A DNA stretch of 64,000 bases from an uncultured Candidatus Rokubacteria bacterium. GTDB lineage: Bacteria > Methylomirabilota > Methylomirabilia > Rokubacteriales > DASRDR01. Location of the stretch: positions 1,920,001 to 1,984,000 of the forward strand of contig CAWGVS010000005.1 of NCBI GenBank assembly GCA_963826115.1, given 5' to 3'. The translations under genes and the position numbers were made by a program. The notes beneath the pieces are model-generated. The model searched no databases. It worked only from the letters and a program-made list of their open reading frames with translations, and was not told where the DNA came from. Numbering within the stretch: the first letter of the stretch is position 1; the number at the start of each line of letters is the position of its first letter. Shown here piece after piece: positions 38,841 through 49,264 of the stretch.

Positions 38841-39995
38841 ATGCGCTTCCCCCTGACCGCCGAGCAGGAGGTCATCCAGACACGCGCCCGCGCGCTCGCC
38901 GACCAGGAGTTCCGCGAGCGCGCCGCGCGCTGGGACGAGCGCGAGGAGTATCCCTGGGAGAACGTGAAGCAGCTCGTCGAGACGGGCTGGATGGGGATGA
39001 CGATCCCCGTCGCCTACGGCGGCCAGGGTCGCGCGCTCCTGGACGTGCTGCTCGTCATCGAAGCGGTCGCCCGTGTCTGCGGCGTGACGGCCCGGATCCT
39101 CGTCGACTCGAACCTGGGCCCGGTCGGCGCGATCGTCCATCACGGCACCGAAACGCAGAAGCGGAAGTACCTCCCGCGCATCGTCCGGGGCGACAAGCCG
39201 GCCATCGCGATCACCGAGCCCCACGCGGGATCGGCCGCCGCCGACCTCGAAACGCACGCGGAGAAGGACGGCGACGCGTGGGTGCTGAGCGGCACGAAGC
39301 GCTGGATCACCGGCGCCGGCATTTCCCAGACGTACGTGGTGTTCTGCCGGTTCGACGGCATCCCGGGCGCCGCGGGCATCGGCGCGCTGATCGTCGAGGC
39401 CGACACGCCCGGTCTGGCCGTCACGGGGCGGGAACGCGCGATGGGAATGCGCGGCATCCCCGAGGGCGAGGTGCGCTTCGACCGTTGCCGGGTGCCGGGT
39501 GAGAACCTCCTCCTCCCCGCGGGCGGCTTCGGGCGGCTGATGTCGGCCTACAACGGCCAGCGGCTCGGCGCCGCGACGGTGGCGCTCGGGCTCGCGCAGG
39601 GCGCCCTCGAGGCCGCCGTCCTGCACGCCAGCAAGCGCGAGCAGTTCGGGCGGCCAATCGGCCACTTCCAGGGGCTCCGCTGGATGGTCGCGGACATGGC
39701 GCTCCAGGTGGAAGCGGCGCGCCAGCTGATCTACCGCGCGGGCGCCAACGCGGGGCACGGTCTTCCCGACATGGTGGAGGCCGCGATGGCCAAGACCGTG
39801 GCCAGCGAGATGGCGGTGCGCGTCACCAACGACGCCCTCCAGGTCTTCGGGGCGAGCGGTTACTCGCGCGACCTCCCGCTCGAGCGGATGGTGCGTGACG
39901 CCCGCATGTTCCCGATCGGCGGCGGAACCGTCCAGATGCTCCGGAACGTCGTGGCCGGCGCCTGGCTCGGCCGGGTGGACGAGCCGGGACTCTGA
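38841..39995 (+). CDS. Acyl-CoA dehydrogenase-fold protein, 3-sulfinopropionyl-CoA desulfinase-like
   Basis: YPWENV, RILVDSNLG, GDKPAI.I.EP.AGSAA, MG.RGIPE, LMSAYNGQR, RDARMF.IGGGT.Q; no catalytic Glu. Confidence 0.78.
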   Translation: MRFPLTAEQEVIQTRARALADQEFRERAARWDEREEYPWENVKQLVETGWMGMTIPVAYGGQGRALLDVLLVIEAVARVCGVTARILVDSNLGPVGAIVHHGTETQKRKYLPRIVRGDKPAIAITEPHAGSAAADLETHAEKDGDAWVLSGTKRWITGAGISQTYVVFCRFDGIPGAAGIGALIVEADTPGLAVTGRERAMGMRGIPEGEVRFDRCRVPGENLLLPAGGFGRLMSAYNGQRLGAATVALGLAQGALEAAVLHASKREQFGRPIGHFQGLRWMVADMALQVEAARQLIYRAGANAGHGLPDMVEAAMAKTVASEMAVRVTNDALQVFGASGYSRDLPLERMVRDARMFPIGGGTVQMLRNVVAGAWLGRVDEPGL

Positions 39996-40003
39996 GCCGC
40001 TCC

Positions 40004-41290
40004 ATGCGCGCCGACGCGTTCGGCCTTCCGCTCACGGTCGCCACCGCCGCGGCGGGCGCCAAGTACGACGACGCCGTCCGGGGTCTGCTCGGCTGGGACC
40101 GCGGGGCCCTCGAGGCCTTCCAGGAGGCGGCGGCGCTCGACCCCGGGCTCGGGCTCGCCCACGCCGGCGCCGCCATCTGCCTCTTCCTCGAGGAGCGGTT
40201 CGCCCCGGCGCGGGAGGCCGCCGAGGCCGCGCGCGCCGCCGCGGCGACCCAGACGGAGCGCGAGCGGAGCCACGTCGAGGGCGTGGCCCGCCTGGTGGGC
40301 GGCCGGCCTGCCGAGGCCGAGCGCCTCATGACGGAGCACCTCCGGACGTGGCCGCGGGACGTCGTCGTCCTCCAGCGGCTCTACTTCGTCTGGTTCTGGC
40401 AGGGCCGCTTCCCCGAGATGCTGGACCTCACGACGCGGGTCCTCCCGGACTACGGCGACGACTCCTTCGTCCAGGGGCTCCACGCCTTCGTCCTCGAGGA
40501 GGGGCACCGGCCCCGCGAGGCGGTCCGCGTGGCCGAGTCCGCGCTCGCGAAGAACCCACAGGACGCCTGGGCGGTCCACGCGCTCGCGCATGCCCTCTAC
40601 GAGATGGCGCACTTCGACGAGGGCGCGGACCGGTTGCCGCCGGCGATCCATCCCTGCCAGCACCTCAACTGGTTCCGCAACCACCTGGTGTGGCACCTCA
40701 CGCTGATGCAGCTCTCGCGCGGGCACTACGCGCGGGCCGTCGCGATGTCCCGGGCGGTGTTCGAGCGGGCGCCGTCGTCGATCGCGGGCGACCTCCACGA
40801 TTCGATCGCGCTCCTCTGGCGGCAGGATCTGTTCGGCCTGCCCGTCGGCCAGGCCCGCTGGGCGCCGTTCGCCGCGATCGCGCGGCAGCGCCTCGACCGG
40901 CAGGGGCTGCTCTTCCACGCCGCGCACCTCGGGATGGCGCTCGCCGGCGGCGGCGACTGGGCGACTGCCGAGACCCAGCTGGGGATGCTGCGACAGCGCG
41001 CCGCCAAGGACGCGTCGGGGCTCACGGGCGAGGTGCTGATCCCGCTCGTCGAGGGTCTCGAGGCATTCGCGCGGGCGGAGTATCGGACCGCGATCGACCA
41101 TCTCGAGCCGATCTCGACGCGGCTCGTGGAGCTCGGCGGGAGCCGCGCTCAGCGGGACGTGTTCCACGACACCCTGCTGGAGGCGTGCTTCCGGGCGGGT
41201 GACATGGAGCGGGCGACGCGTCTCCTCGCGCCGCGCGTTGCCCGCCGCCCCGACCACTACTGGGTCCGCCGCCAGACGACGGCCGCCTGA
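40004..41290 (+). CDS. TTC38-like tetratricopeptide repeat protein
   Basis: AF.LEE, DAWAVHALAH..YE, H..WH..L, LGGSRAQRDVF. Confidence 0.82.
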   Translation: MRADAFGLPLTVATAAAGAKYDDAVRGLLGWDRGALEAFQEAAALDPGLGLAHAGAAICLFLEERFAPAREAAEAARAAAATQTERERSHVEGVARLVGGRPAEAERLMTEHLRTWPRDVVVLQRLYFVWFWQGRFPEMLDLTTRVLPDYGDDSFVQGLHAFVLEEGHRPREAVRVAESALAKNPQDAWAVHALAHALYEMAHFDEGADRLPPAIHPCQHLNWFRNHLVWHLTLMQLSRGHYARAVAMSRAVFERAPSSIAGDLHDSIALLWRQDLFGLPVGQARWAPFAAIARQRLDRQGLLFHAAHLGMALAGGGDWATAETQLGMLRQRAAKDASGLTGEVLIPLVEGLEAFARAEYRTAIDHLEPISTRLVELGGSRAQRDVFHDTLLEACFRAGDMERATRLLAPRVARRPDHYWVRRQTTAA

Positions 41291-41312
41291 CGGCGAGGGT
41301 CGTCGCGTCAGC

Positions 41313-44085
41313 CTACGTCCCGCTCCGCGCGCAGAGGGCCGTGATCGCGCCCTCGCCCCGGTACGGCAGGTGCAGCGCGATGCGCACGGCGCGGACCGGC
41401 GAGCCGTTCATCGCCAGCTCCGTCGCCCCGCCGGAGAACGTGAACAGCGTCCGCCCCGCCCACGCCCACTCCGGGACCGGCCGGGGCGCGCCCACGGCGC
41501 GCCACGCGCGCCCGTCCTCCGAGACGTCGACGCCGAGAATCGTCGCGTGCCGCGTCGAGACGCGGGGATGCTCGAGGCGGAGCGTGGAGAGGCGCGTCGG
41601 CTCGGGCAGCCGCCCCTCGACCGCGTAGCGCGCGCCCCGCCCGTCCGCGTCCGGCGTCGTCGTCGTCACGCGCCACTCGGCCGGGCGGCACCGAGCCGCC
41701 GTCAGCTGGGCGCCCGCGAGCTGGAAGAGCATCGCGGAGCCGATCGGCTCCCACGTCACCGTCACGCCGGCCGCCTCGAGCCGCGCGCGCAGCTCGCCCG
41801 CGTCCTCCGCCGCCACCAGAGCGGCGTCCGTCTCGCGCCACCGGTGCCGCGCGTAGAGCTGGGTCGGCGGCGAGTAGCCGTGGCTGTTCAGGACCCCGTT
41901 CGCCGGCAGCGTCGCCACCGCGCCCTGCGTGGCCATCGCCACCCGGGCCGAGACGACCGGATCCGCGAGGAGACGGGTCACCCCGCGGGCGCTGAGGGCC
42001 CGCAGGAGCGCGCCGACGTCCGGTAGCTCGGCCGCGGGCCCGTCGACCGCCTCGTACGCGAACAGCTCACCCACCATCCCGACGCCGACCGAGCCGGGCT
42101 CGACGGGCCGGATCCGGAGATAGCGAACGGGCCGCGGCGCCGTCGCGAGCTCGAGCCAGCCGTTGCGAGGCCGGAACACCGGTCTCGGCCCGACGACGTA
42201 GAGCGGCTGCGCCACCTGCACCGGCGTCGATCCGAGACGCTCCCACCGGACCCCGTCCAGCGAGCCGGCGACCTCCAGCGGCACGAGCACGTCGGTGAGC
42301 GCCTCGGGCCAGAGGACGAGGCGCGCGAGCGTCCGCGGCGCGCCGAGATCTACCACGAGCGGGTCCGCCTCCCACCGGTCGAGACGCCGCGACGGCCAGA
42401 CCGTCCCGAGGTCGCCGTCCGCCACCGCCGGCGGCGTCCCCGGCTCGCCCACGACACGCCAGCCGGCGCGCGAGACCAGCCGGTACGACCGGCCCGGGAG
42501 GCGAACGTCTTCGTAGAGCGTCTCCTCGCCGAACCGGATCGCCGTCGCGGTGCCACCCAGCGTCTCGAGGGCGGCGGGGATCCACGCGCCGCGCCGGGAC
42601 GCGAGGATCGTCACCCGCCCCGCGGCGTCGGCCGGGCGCCACGGCGGGGTAGTACACCTCCGACAGGAGCGCCGAGATCCGGGGACGGCTCAGGAGGAAC
42701 TGCCAGCGGAGGCTCTCCATCGGGTCGTCGACGAGGAGCGCCTCCGCGGGCCGGGCCTGGAGTCGCTCGCCCAGCGCGGCGCGGGCCGCGATCTCGGCGC
42801 CCCGCCGCGCCCGCTCCCCGGGTCGGAGCGGCCACAGGTAGATCCAGTTCGTCCAGAGGTGGAACGCGAGAACCAGGGCCAGGACGGCGCCGGCCAGGAC
42901 GCGCGAGCGGCGCGAGAGACGCACGATCGCCGCCCCCACGAAGACGAGGAGCGGGATGTACGCCGGCAGGAGGTAGCGCGCCCGCGACATCTGTCTGAGG
43001 AGGTTGAACGTGGACCCGTAGAGCGCCACGTACGTCGCGCCGAGCGTCAGGAGCAGAAGCCACACGCCCCACGCCCGCCGCGTCCGCCGGCGATGGCGCA
43101 GCGCCCCGACCGCCTCGATGCCCGCGAGCACCACCGCCGCGGCGTAGATCGCGCCGCAGAGCCCCAGGATGAGGGCGCGAAGGCGCGTGTCGTGGTCCCA
43201 GTAGTAGGTGCCGACGACCAGGGGGACCGCGTTCCCGAGGAACTCCCCGATCCGCGCCCAGGAGAGGTCGACGTCGGCCTCGAGGAACCGCCGGGCCGAG
43301 CCGAGGTTCCCCTGGCCCGGGTCCGGCTGGGTGAGGTAGAAGAGCCACGCCGGTAGGTTCCCCAGGACGAACCCGCCCGCGAGCAACCACCCGCCGCGCC
43401 GGAGCGGCAGCCGGGGCTCCTGCACCAGGAGCGCCACGAGAATCGGCCCCAGCACCACCACCACCTTCATGTTCGTCCAGCACGCCAGCCCCGCCACGAA
43501 TCCCAGACACCCCAGGATCCGCGCCCGCCGCGGCTCCGGCCCCGCCCCCAGCGCGCCCAGCGCCAGGAGCACGAGGACCACGCCGAACGTGTTGGCCTCG
43601 AAGTGCGGCTCCGCCACCGTGCTGTAGTACGTCAGCAGAAACGGCGGCACCGCCGCCAGCAGCAGCGTCACCCGCGCCGTCGCCTCGTCGTAGAGGCGCC
43701 CCGCCAGCACGTAGAGCCCCAGCGGGAACAAGAGCGACCACGCCACCGCGTTCAGCCGCACCAGCAGCACCGACGGCCCGAACACGGCCAGCGCCGGCAC
43801 CAGGTGGAAGCCGTTCAGCGAGCCCATGAACGACTGCCGGTAGAAGAACACCGGCAGGTTCTCGCCGTGGAGGATGTGCTTCGCCATCAGCGCCACCGTC
43901 GCGTCGTCGCCCGAGATGTTCTGGTAGAACATCGCGGAGACTCGGACGATGGCCGCCAGCGCGAGCAACGCCAGGGCCGGGCCCCACCGCGCTCGACGCG
44001 TCGTGGACCCGTCTAGCGCGGGCGTGGCGCGAGGTCTCCCGCGACCGGGGCTCGATGACGATGCATGCGACACCGCACGATACAA
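41313..44085 (-). CDS. GT-C (ArnT/PMT-like) membrane glycosyltransferase with C-terminal discoidin/F5-8-like domains, copy A; frameshifted near 42635, start uncertain
   Basis: DDATVALMAKHI..P.FFY.Q..MGSL, many TM helices, RYLLP; DGD..T.W, VDLG; C-terminus continues in ORF 41313..42614. Confidence 0.75.
43325..43828. repeat. ~504-bp direct repeat, copy 1 (identical by eye to 46136..46639)
   Basis: ggctgggtgaggtagaagagcc...cagcgagcccatg occurs twice at an offset of 2811. Confidence 0.9.
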
Positions 44086-44124
44086 CCGGACGCGCTTTCG
44101 ACGAAGCGCGGATCGCGCCCCACG

Positions 44125-46746
44125 TCAGGCCTCGCCGCGCGCGCATAGCGCGGTGATTGCTCGCTCGCCGCTGTAGGGGAGCTGGACCTCCACGCGCACC
44201 GCGCGGGCCGGGACGCCGCCCATGTCGAGCTCCGTCGCGCCGCCCGAGAACGTGAACAGGGTGCGACCCGCCCACGCCCACTCTGGCACCGGACGGGGCG
44301 CCGGGACCGGGCGCCACGCGCGTCCGTCCTCCGAGATCTCGACCCCGAGGATCGTCGCGTACCGGGCCGACACGAAGGGATGCTCGACTCGGAGCGTCGC
44401 GAGCCGCATCCACTCCACGAGCCGCCCCGCCACCGTGTAACGGGCCCCCTTCCCGTCCGCGTCCAGGATCGTCGCCGTCACCCGCCAGTCGGTGGGCCGG
44501 CACCGACCGGCTCCGGGCACCGGCCCCACCGGCTGGATGAGCACCGCCGTCCCGACCGGCTCCGTGGTCACCCGCACCCCGGCGCTCTCGAGCCGCTCGC
44601 GCAGCTCGCCCGCGTCCTCGCCGGCCACCAGCGCGGCGTCGGTTTCCCGCAGTCGAACCCGCGCGAACAAGTGAACCGGCGGCGCGTACCCGTAGCTGTT
44701 CAGGACGCGGTTGGCCGGCAGGGTGTCGACCGTCCCGGCCGCCGCGAGCGCCACGCGCGCCGACACGACGGGATTTCCCAAGAGCCTCCTCACGCCACGC
44801 GTGCGAACGGCGTGCAGGATCGCGTCGATGTCCGGGGTCTCGGGCGCCGGGCCCTCGATCGCCTCGTAGGCACGGAGCTCGCCCACCATCCCGACGCCGA
44901 TCGAGCCGCCCTCGACGGGCCGGACGCGAAGGTAGCGCACCGGCTGGGGAGCCGTCGCCAGCTCGAGCCACCCGTTGCGCGGCCGGAAGAGGGGGCGTCC
45001 CTCGGCGACGAACGCCGGCCGACCGACCTCCGTGGGCGCGATGCCGAGCGGCTCCCAGGTGACCGCGTCCAACGAGCCCGCCACCTCGAGCGGCACGATC
45101 AGCTCCGTGAGCGCCGTCGGCCAGATGAGGAGACGGGCAATCGCGCGCGTGGCCCCGAGGTCGAGCACCAGCGCCCCCGCCTCGGATCGATCGAGGCGCC
45201 GCGGGGGCCACGCGGTACCGAGGTCGCCGTCCGCCACGGCCGGCGGCGTCCCGGCCTCGCCGAGGGACCTCCAGCTGGCCGTGGGGACGAGGCGGTACGC
45301 GCGGCCGGGAATCCGGACGTGGTCATAGAGCCACTGCTGGCCGTATCGGGTCGCCGTCGCGGTAGCGCCGAGCGCTCCCAGCTGAGCGGCCATGTCGCTG
45401 TCGCCCGGGATCGCGAGGATAGCGACGCGCCTCACGGCGTCGGCGCGGACCGCCGACGGGTAGTAGCTGTCCGTCAGGAAGTCGGACACCGGCGGGCGGT
45501 CGAGCAGAAACTGCCACTGGAGGTTCGACGTGTTGTTGTCCACCAGAACAACGTCCGCGTCCGCCCCGCGGAGCCCCCGGGCGAGATCCTCGCGGACCGC
45601 CATCCGGTCGGCCCGCCACGCGCGCTTGGGCGGATCGAGCGGCCAGAGGAACTCGAGGTTGGTCCACAGGTTGAATGCGAGGACGAACGTCAGCGCGGCG
45701 CCCGCCAGCGCGCGCGACCGGCGTCCGAGCCGCGCGACCGCGGCCCCCAGGAACAGGAAGAGCGGAATGTACGCCGGAAGGAGGTAACGGCCCCGCGAGC
45801 CGTCATCGAGGATGTTGAACGTCGAGAGGTACAGCGCCAGGTACGTGGTGGCGAGGATCAGCAGGAGGAGCCAGAGGCTCCACGCTCGCCGTGCCCCCCG
45901 GCGATCGCGCCGAGCCCGGACCGCCTCGATGCCCGCGAGCACCACCGCCGCCGCGTAGATCGCGCCGCAGAGCCCCAGGATGAGCGCGCGAAGGAGCGTG
46001 TCGGGGCCCCAGTAGTAGGTGCCGATGACCAGCGGCACGGCTCGGGTCAGGAACTCCCACGCGTGCGCCCACGAGACGTCCCGGTGGATCTCGATGAACC
46101 GCTGTGCGGAGGCCGCGCTTCCGGGCAGAGGCATGGGCTGGGTGAGGTAGAAGAGCCACGCCGGTAGGTTCCCCAGGACGAACCCGCCCGCGAGCAACCA
46201 CCCGCCGCGCCGGAGCGGCAGCCGGGGCTCCTGCACCAGGAGCGCCACGAGAATCGGCCCCAGCACCACCACCACCTTCATGTTCGTCCAGCACGCCAGC
46301 CCCGCCACGAATCCCAGACACCCCAGGATCCGCGCCCGCCGCGGCTCCGGCCCCGCCCCCAGCGCGCCCAGCGCCAGGAGCACGAGGACCACGCCGAACG
46401 TGTTGGCCTCGAAGTGCGGCTCCGCCACCGTGCTGTAGTACGTCAGCAGAAACGGCGGCACCGCCGCCAGCAGCAGCGTCACCCGCGCCGTCGCCTCGTC
46501 GTAGAGGCGCCCCGCCAGCACGTAGAGCCCCAGCGGGAACAAGAGCGACCACGCCACCGCGTTCAGCCGCACCAGCAGCACCGACGGCCCGAACACGGCC
46601 AGCGCCGGCACCAGGTGGAAGCCGTTCAGCGAGCCCATGTAGGACTGCCCGTAGAAGAACGCCGGCAGGTCCTCGCCGCGGAGGATGTGCTTCGCCATCA
46701 GCGCCACCGTCGCGTCGTCGACCGAGATGTTCTCGTAGAACATCAC
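44125..46746 (-). CDS. GT-C (ArnT/PMT-like) membrane glycosyltransferase with discoidin-like domains, copy B; coding region may extend to ~46830
   Basis: Paralog of 41313..44085 over its whole length; intact frame; first canonical start GTG/ATG at 46746/46743. Confidence 0.78.
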   Translation of the reverse strand: MMFYENISVDDATVALMAKHILRGEDLPAFFYGQSYMGSLNGFHLVPALAVFGPSVLLVRLNAVAWSLLFPLGLYVLAGRLYDEATARVTLLLAAVPPFLLTYYSTVAEPHFEANTFGVVLVLLALGALGAGPEPRRARILGCLGFVAGLACWTNMKVVVVLGPILVALLVQEPRLPLRRGGWLLAGGFVLGNLPAWLFYLTQPMPLPGSAASAQRFIEIHRDVSWAHAWEFLTRAVPLVIGTYYWGPDTLLRALILGLCGAIYAAAVVLAGIEAVRARRDRRGARRAWSLWLLLLILATTYLALYLSTFNILDDGSRGRYLLPAYIPLFLFLGAAVARLGRRSRALAGAALTFVLAFNLWTNLEFLWPLDPPKRAWRADRMAVREDLARGLRGADADVVLVDNNTSNLQWQFLLDRPPVSDFLTDSYYPSAVRADAVRRVAILAIPGDSDMAAQLGALGATATATRYGQQWLYDHVRIPGRAYRLVPTASWRSLGEAGTPPAVADGDLGTAWPPRRLDRSEAGALVLDLGATRAIARLLIWPTALTELIVPLEVAGSLDAVTWEPLGIAPTEVGRPAFVAEGRPLFRPRNGWLELATAPQPVRYLRVRPVEGGSIGVGMVGELRAYEAIEGPAPETPDIDAILHAVRTRGVRRLLGNPVVSARVALAAAGTVDTLPANRVLNSYGYAPPVHLFARVRLRETDAALVAGEDAGELRERLESAGVRVTTEPVGTAVLIQPVGPVPGAGRCRPTDWRVTATILDADGKGARYTVAGRLVEWMRLATLRVEHPFVSARYATILGVEISEDGRAWRPVPAPRPVPEWAWAGRTLFTFSGGATELDMGGVPARAVRVEVQLPYSGERAITALCARGEA
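46136..46639. repeat. ~504-bp direct repeat, copy 2
   Basis: Identical by eye to 43325..43828. Confidence 0.9.
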
Positions 46747-46832
46747 CGAGAGGCGCGCTATCGCGGCCAGCCCGAGGAGCGCCGAGACGGCGATCCAGGA
46801 CGACCGGCGACGCTCAGGGACCGGGGCGCTGT

Positions 46833-49091
46833 CTACCGCAACCTCGACGTGAAGCTCTTGGCAGACTGGTACGGATCGGGCCACGGCAGCTCGAACCCCT
46901 GCTCCCGGGCGGCGTGGCGGGTCCAGTAGGGATCGTAGAGGTGGCCGCGGGCGAGGACGCACAGGTCCGCGCGGCCGGCGGCGAGGATCGAGTTCGCGTC
47001 CGCGTAGGTGGAGAGGTTGCCCACCGTCAGCGTCGGGATCCCCGCCTCGTGGCGGATCCGGTCGCTGAGCGGCGTCTGGTACAGGCGCCCGTAGACCGGC
47101 TTCTGGTGCGGGACCGTCTGGCCGGTGGACACGGTCACGGCGTCGCAGCCGTGCGCCCTGAGGCGCGCGGCGATGCGCACGGCGTCGTCCGGCGTGGTAC
47201 CGCCGGGCGCCCAGTCCGTGGCGGAGATCTTGACCGAGATGGGCTTCCCGGCCGGCCAGGCTGCCCGGACCGCATCGAAGACCTCGAGCGGGTAGCGCAG
47301 CCGGAGCTCGAGCAGCCCGCCGTAGGCGTCGGTGCGGACGTTCGTGAGCGGCGAGATGAAGCTCGCGAGCAGGTACCCGTGGGCCATGTGGAGCTCGAGC
47401 ATGTCGAATCCGGCCGCCTCGGCCATCCGGGCCGCCTCCACGAACTGGTCCCGGACCATGTCCATGTCGGCGCGGTCCATCTCGCGCGGCACCTGGCTGT
47501 GCGGGTAGTACGGAAGCGGTGACGCGGAGATGAGCGGCCAGTTGCCGTCGGGGAGCGGCTCGTCGATCCCCTCCCACAGGCGCCGCGTCGACCCCTTGCG
47601 CCCGGCGTGCGCGAGCTGGAGGGCGATCCGCGCGCCGCTGTGCCGGTGCGCGAAGTCGACGATGCGCTTCCACGCGCCCACGTGCTCCGGCTTGTACATG
47701 CCCGTGCAGCCCGGGCTGATGCGGCCCTCTCGGCTCACGTCGGTCATCTCCGCGACGACGAGGGCCGCGCCGCCCGCCGCGCGGCTGCCGAGGTGGACGA
47801 GGTGCCAGTCGTTGGGCGTCCCGTCCTCGGCCGAGTACTGGCACATCGGCGAGACCACGATGCGGTTCGAGAGCACCAGGTCGCGCAGGCGGAAGGGCGT
47901 GAACATCGGCGGCGGCGGGGGCGCCGGCGGAGCGGCTACGGCGACGCCGCTCTGCCGCCCGGCCTCGTCCGCGAGCCACCGGTCGACCGTCGCGACGAAC
48001 CGGGGATCCCGGACCTTGAGGTTCTCGTGAGTGACGCGAAGGCTCCGCGTGAGGAGGCTCATCGCGAACTGCGCGGGCTCGAGGCGGTGGTAGCGCTCGG
48101 TGGTCTCGAACCACTCGAGGCTCACCTGGGCCGCGCGCTGGAGGCTCTCGACCTCGGGCCGGCGCTCGGCCTCGTAGGCCGCGAGAGCCGCCGGGACGTC
48201 AGGCTGGCGCCGGAGGGCCCGGCTGAGCGCGATGGCGTCCTCCATCGCGAGCTTCGTCCCCGAGCCGACCGAGAAGTGCGCGGTGTGCGCGGCGTCGCCG
48301 ACCAGGACGACGTTCCCGTGGGACCAGCGCTCGTTGCGGACCACGGGGAAGTTCCGCCAGAGCGAGCGGTTCCTGAGGATCCGATGGCCCTTGAGCTCGT
48401 CCGCGAACAGCTCTTCCGTGAACGCGACGGTGTCGTCCTCGGACGCCTCGTCGAGACCGGCGCGGCGCCAGGTGGCGTCGGTCGTCTCCAGAATGAAGGT
48501 CGAGTGCTGCGCGTCGTAGCGGTAGGCGTGGACGCGCCACAGCCCGTGCACGTCCTCCTTGAAAAGGAACGTGAACGCGGGAAACGGGCAGCTCGTGCCG
48601 AGCCAGACGAACCGATTGGGGCGCCACTCGATCGCGCGGCCGAAGTGCGCGGCGTGCCGAGCGCGGATCGTGCTGTTGACGCCGTCGGCGGCCAGCACCA
48701 GGTCCGCGGCGCGGTAGGGCTCGAGGTCGCGCACCTCCGTCTCGAACTCGAAGGCGACCCCGAGGCTCGCGCACCGGCGTTGCAGGATGTCGAGGAGCCG
48801 CTGTCGGGACATTCCGGCGAAGCCGTGTCCCGTGGAGGTCACGACGGCCCCGCGCCAGTGGATGTCGATGTCGTCCCAGTGCGCGAAGGCGCCGACGATC
48901 TCGTCGTGCGTCTCGCGGTCCGCGCGGGCAAAGTGCTCGAGGGTGGCGTCCGAGAAGACGACACCGAAGCCGAAAGTGTCGTCGGAACGGTTGCGCTCGA
49001 TGACGGTGACGTCGTGCGCGGGGTCGGCCTTCTTCATGAGCGCGGCGAAGTAGAGCCCGGCCGGCCCCCCGCCGATGCACACGATCTTCAC
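46833..49091 (-). CDS. abmA: Bifunctional 2-aminobenzoyl-CoA monooxygenase/reductase (salicylyl-CoA 5-hydroxylase family)
   Basis: [39 protein letters not shown] fused to an OYE domain ([23 protein letters not shown]). Confidence 0.92.
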   Translation of the reverse strand: MKIVCIGGGPAGLYFAALMKKADPAHDVTVIERNRSDDTFGFGVVFSDATLEHFARADRETHDEIVGAFAHWDDIDIHWRGAVVTSTGHGFAGMSRQRLLDILQRRCASLGVAFEFETEVRDLEPYRAADLVLAADGVNSTIRARHAAHFGRAIEWRPNRFVWLGTSCPFPAFTFLFKEDVHGLWRVHAYRYDAQHSTFILETTDATWRRAGLDEASEDDTVAFTEELFADELKGHRILRNRSLWRNFPVVRNERWSHGNVVLVGDAAHTAHFSVGSGTKLAMEDAIALSRALRRQPDVPAALAAYEAERRPEVESLQRAAQVSLEWFETTERYHRLEPAQFAMSLLTRSLRVTHENLKVRDPRFVATVDRWLADEAGRQSGVAVAAPPAPPPPPMFTPFRLRDLVLSNRIVVSPMCQYSAEDGTPNDWHLVHLGSRAAGGAALVVAEMTDVSREGRISPGCTGMYKPEHVGAWKRIVDFAHRHSGARIALQLAHAGRKGSTRRLWEGIDEPLPDGNWPLISASPLPYYPHSQVPREMDRADMDMVRDQFVEAARMAEAAGFDMLELHMAHGYLLASFISPLTNVRTDAYGGLLELRLRYPLEVFDAVRAAWPAGKPISVKISATDWAPGGTTPDDAVRIAARLRAHGCDAVTVSTGQTVPHQKPVYGRLYQTPLSDRIRHEAGIPTLTVGNLSTYADANSILAAGRADLCVLARGHLYDPYWTRHAAREQGFELPWPDPYQSAKSFTSRLR

Positions 49092-49168
49092 CCGCCGCGC
49101 CTCCCCCGACCTGCGCTGATCCCGGAGACACTGGCGGCCCCGGCCCGCGCCGGGGTCGCGTCGCGCGT

Positions 49169-49257
49169 AGTCTATCACCGCGCGTCGCGCCGACGGCGCT
49201 CCCGCGGCGCGCGGGACCCGCGGCCGCGTTGACCCGTCTTCCGAGGGGCGTCATACT
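49169..49257. promoter_or_regulatory. Divergent promoters for abmA (minus) and the SDR operon (plus)
   Basis: Minus strand TGaTAGACT extended -10 (49169-49177); plus strand TTGACC-17nt-CATACT (49229-49257), 7 nt before the GTG. Confidence 0.6.
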
Positions 49258-49264
49258 GCGCGCC

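Noticed and set aside
43325-46639. Direct repeats as IS ends or a diversity-generating retroelement TR/VR pair
   Set aside because: The repeats lie inside paralogous coding regions. There is no transposase or reverse transcriptase, and no adenine-specific mismatches were seen.
44125-48114. 1329-aa ORF as an abmA-glycosyltransferase fusion
   Set aside because: The N-terminal ~430 aa are an off-frame shadow of abmA, which has its own TAG at 46833.
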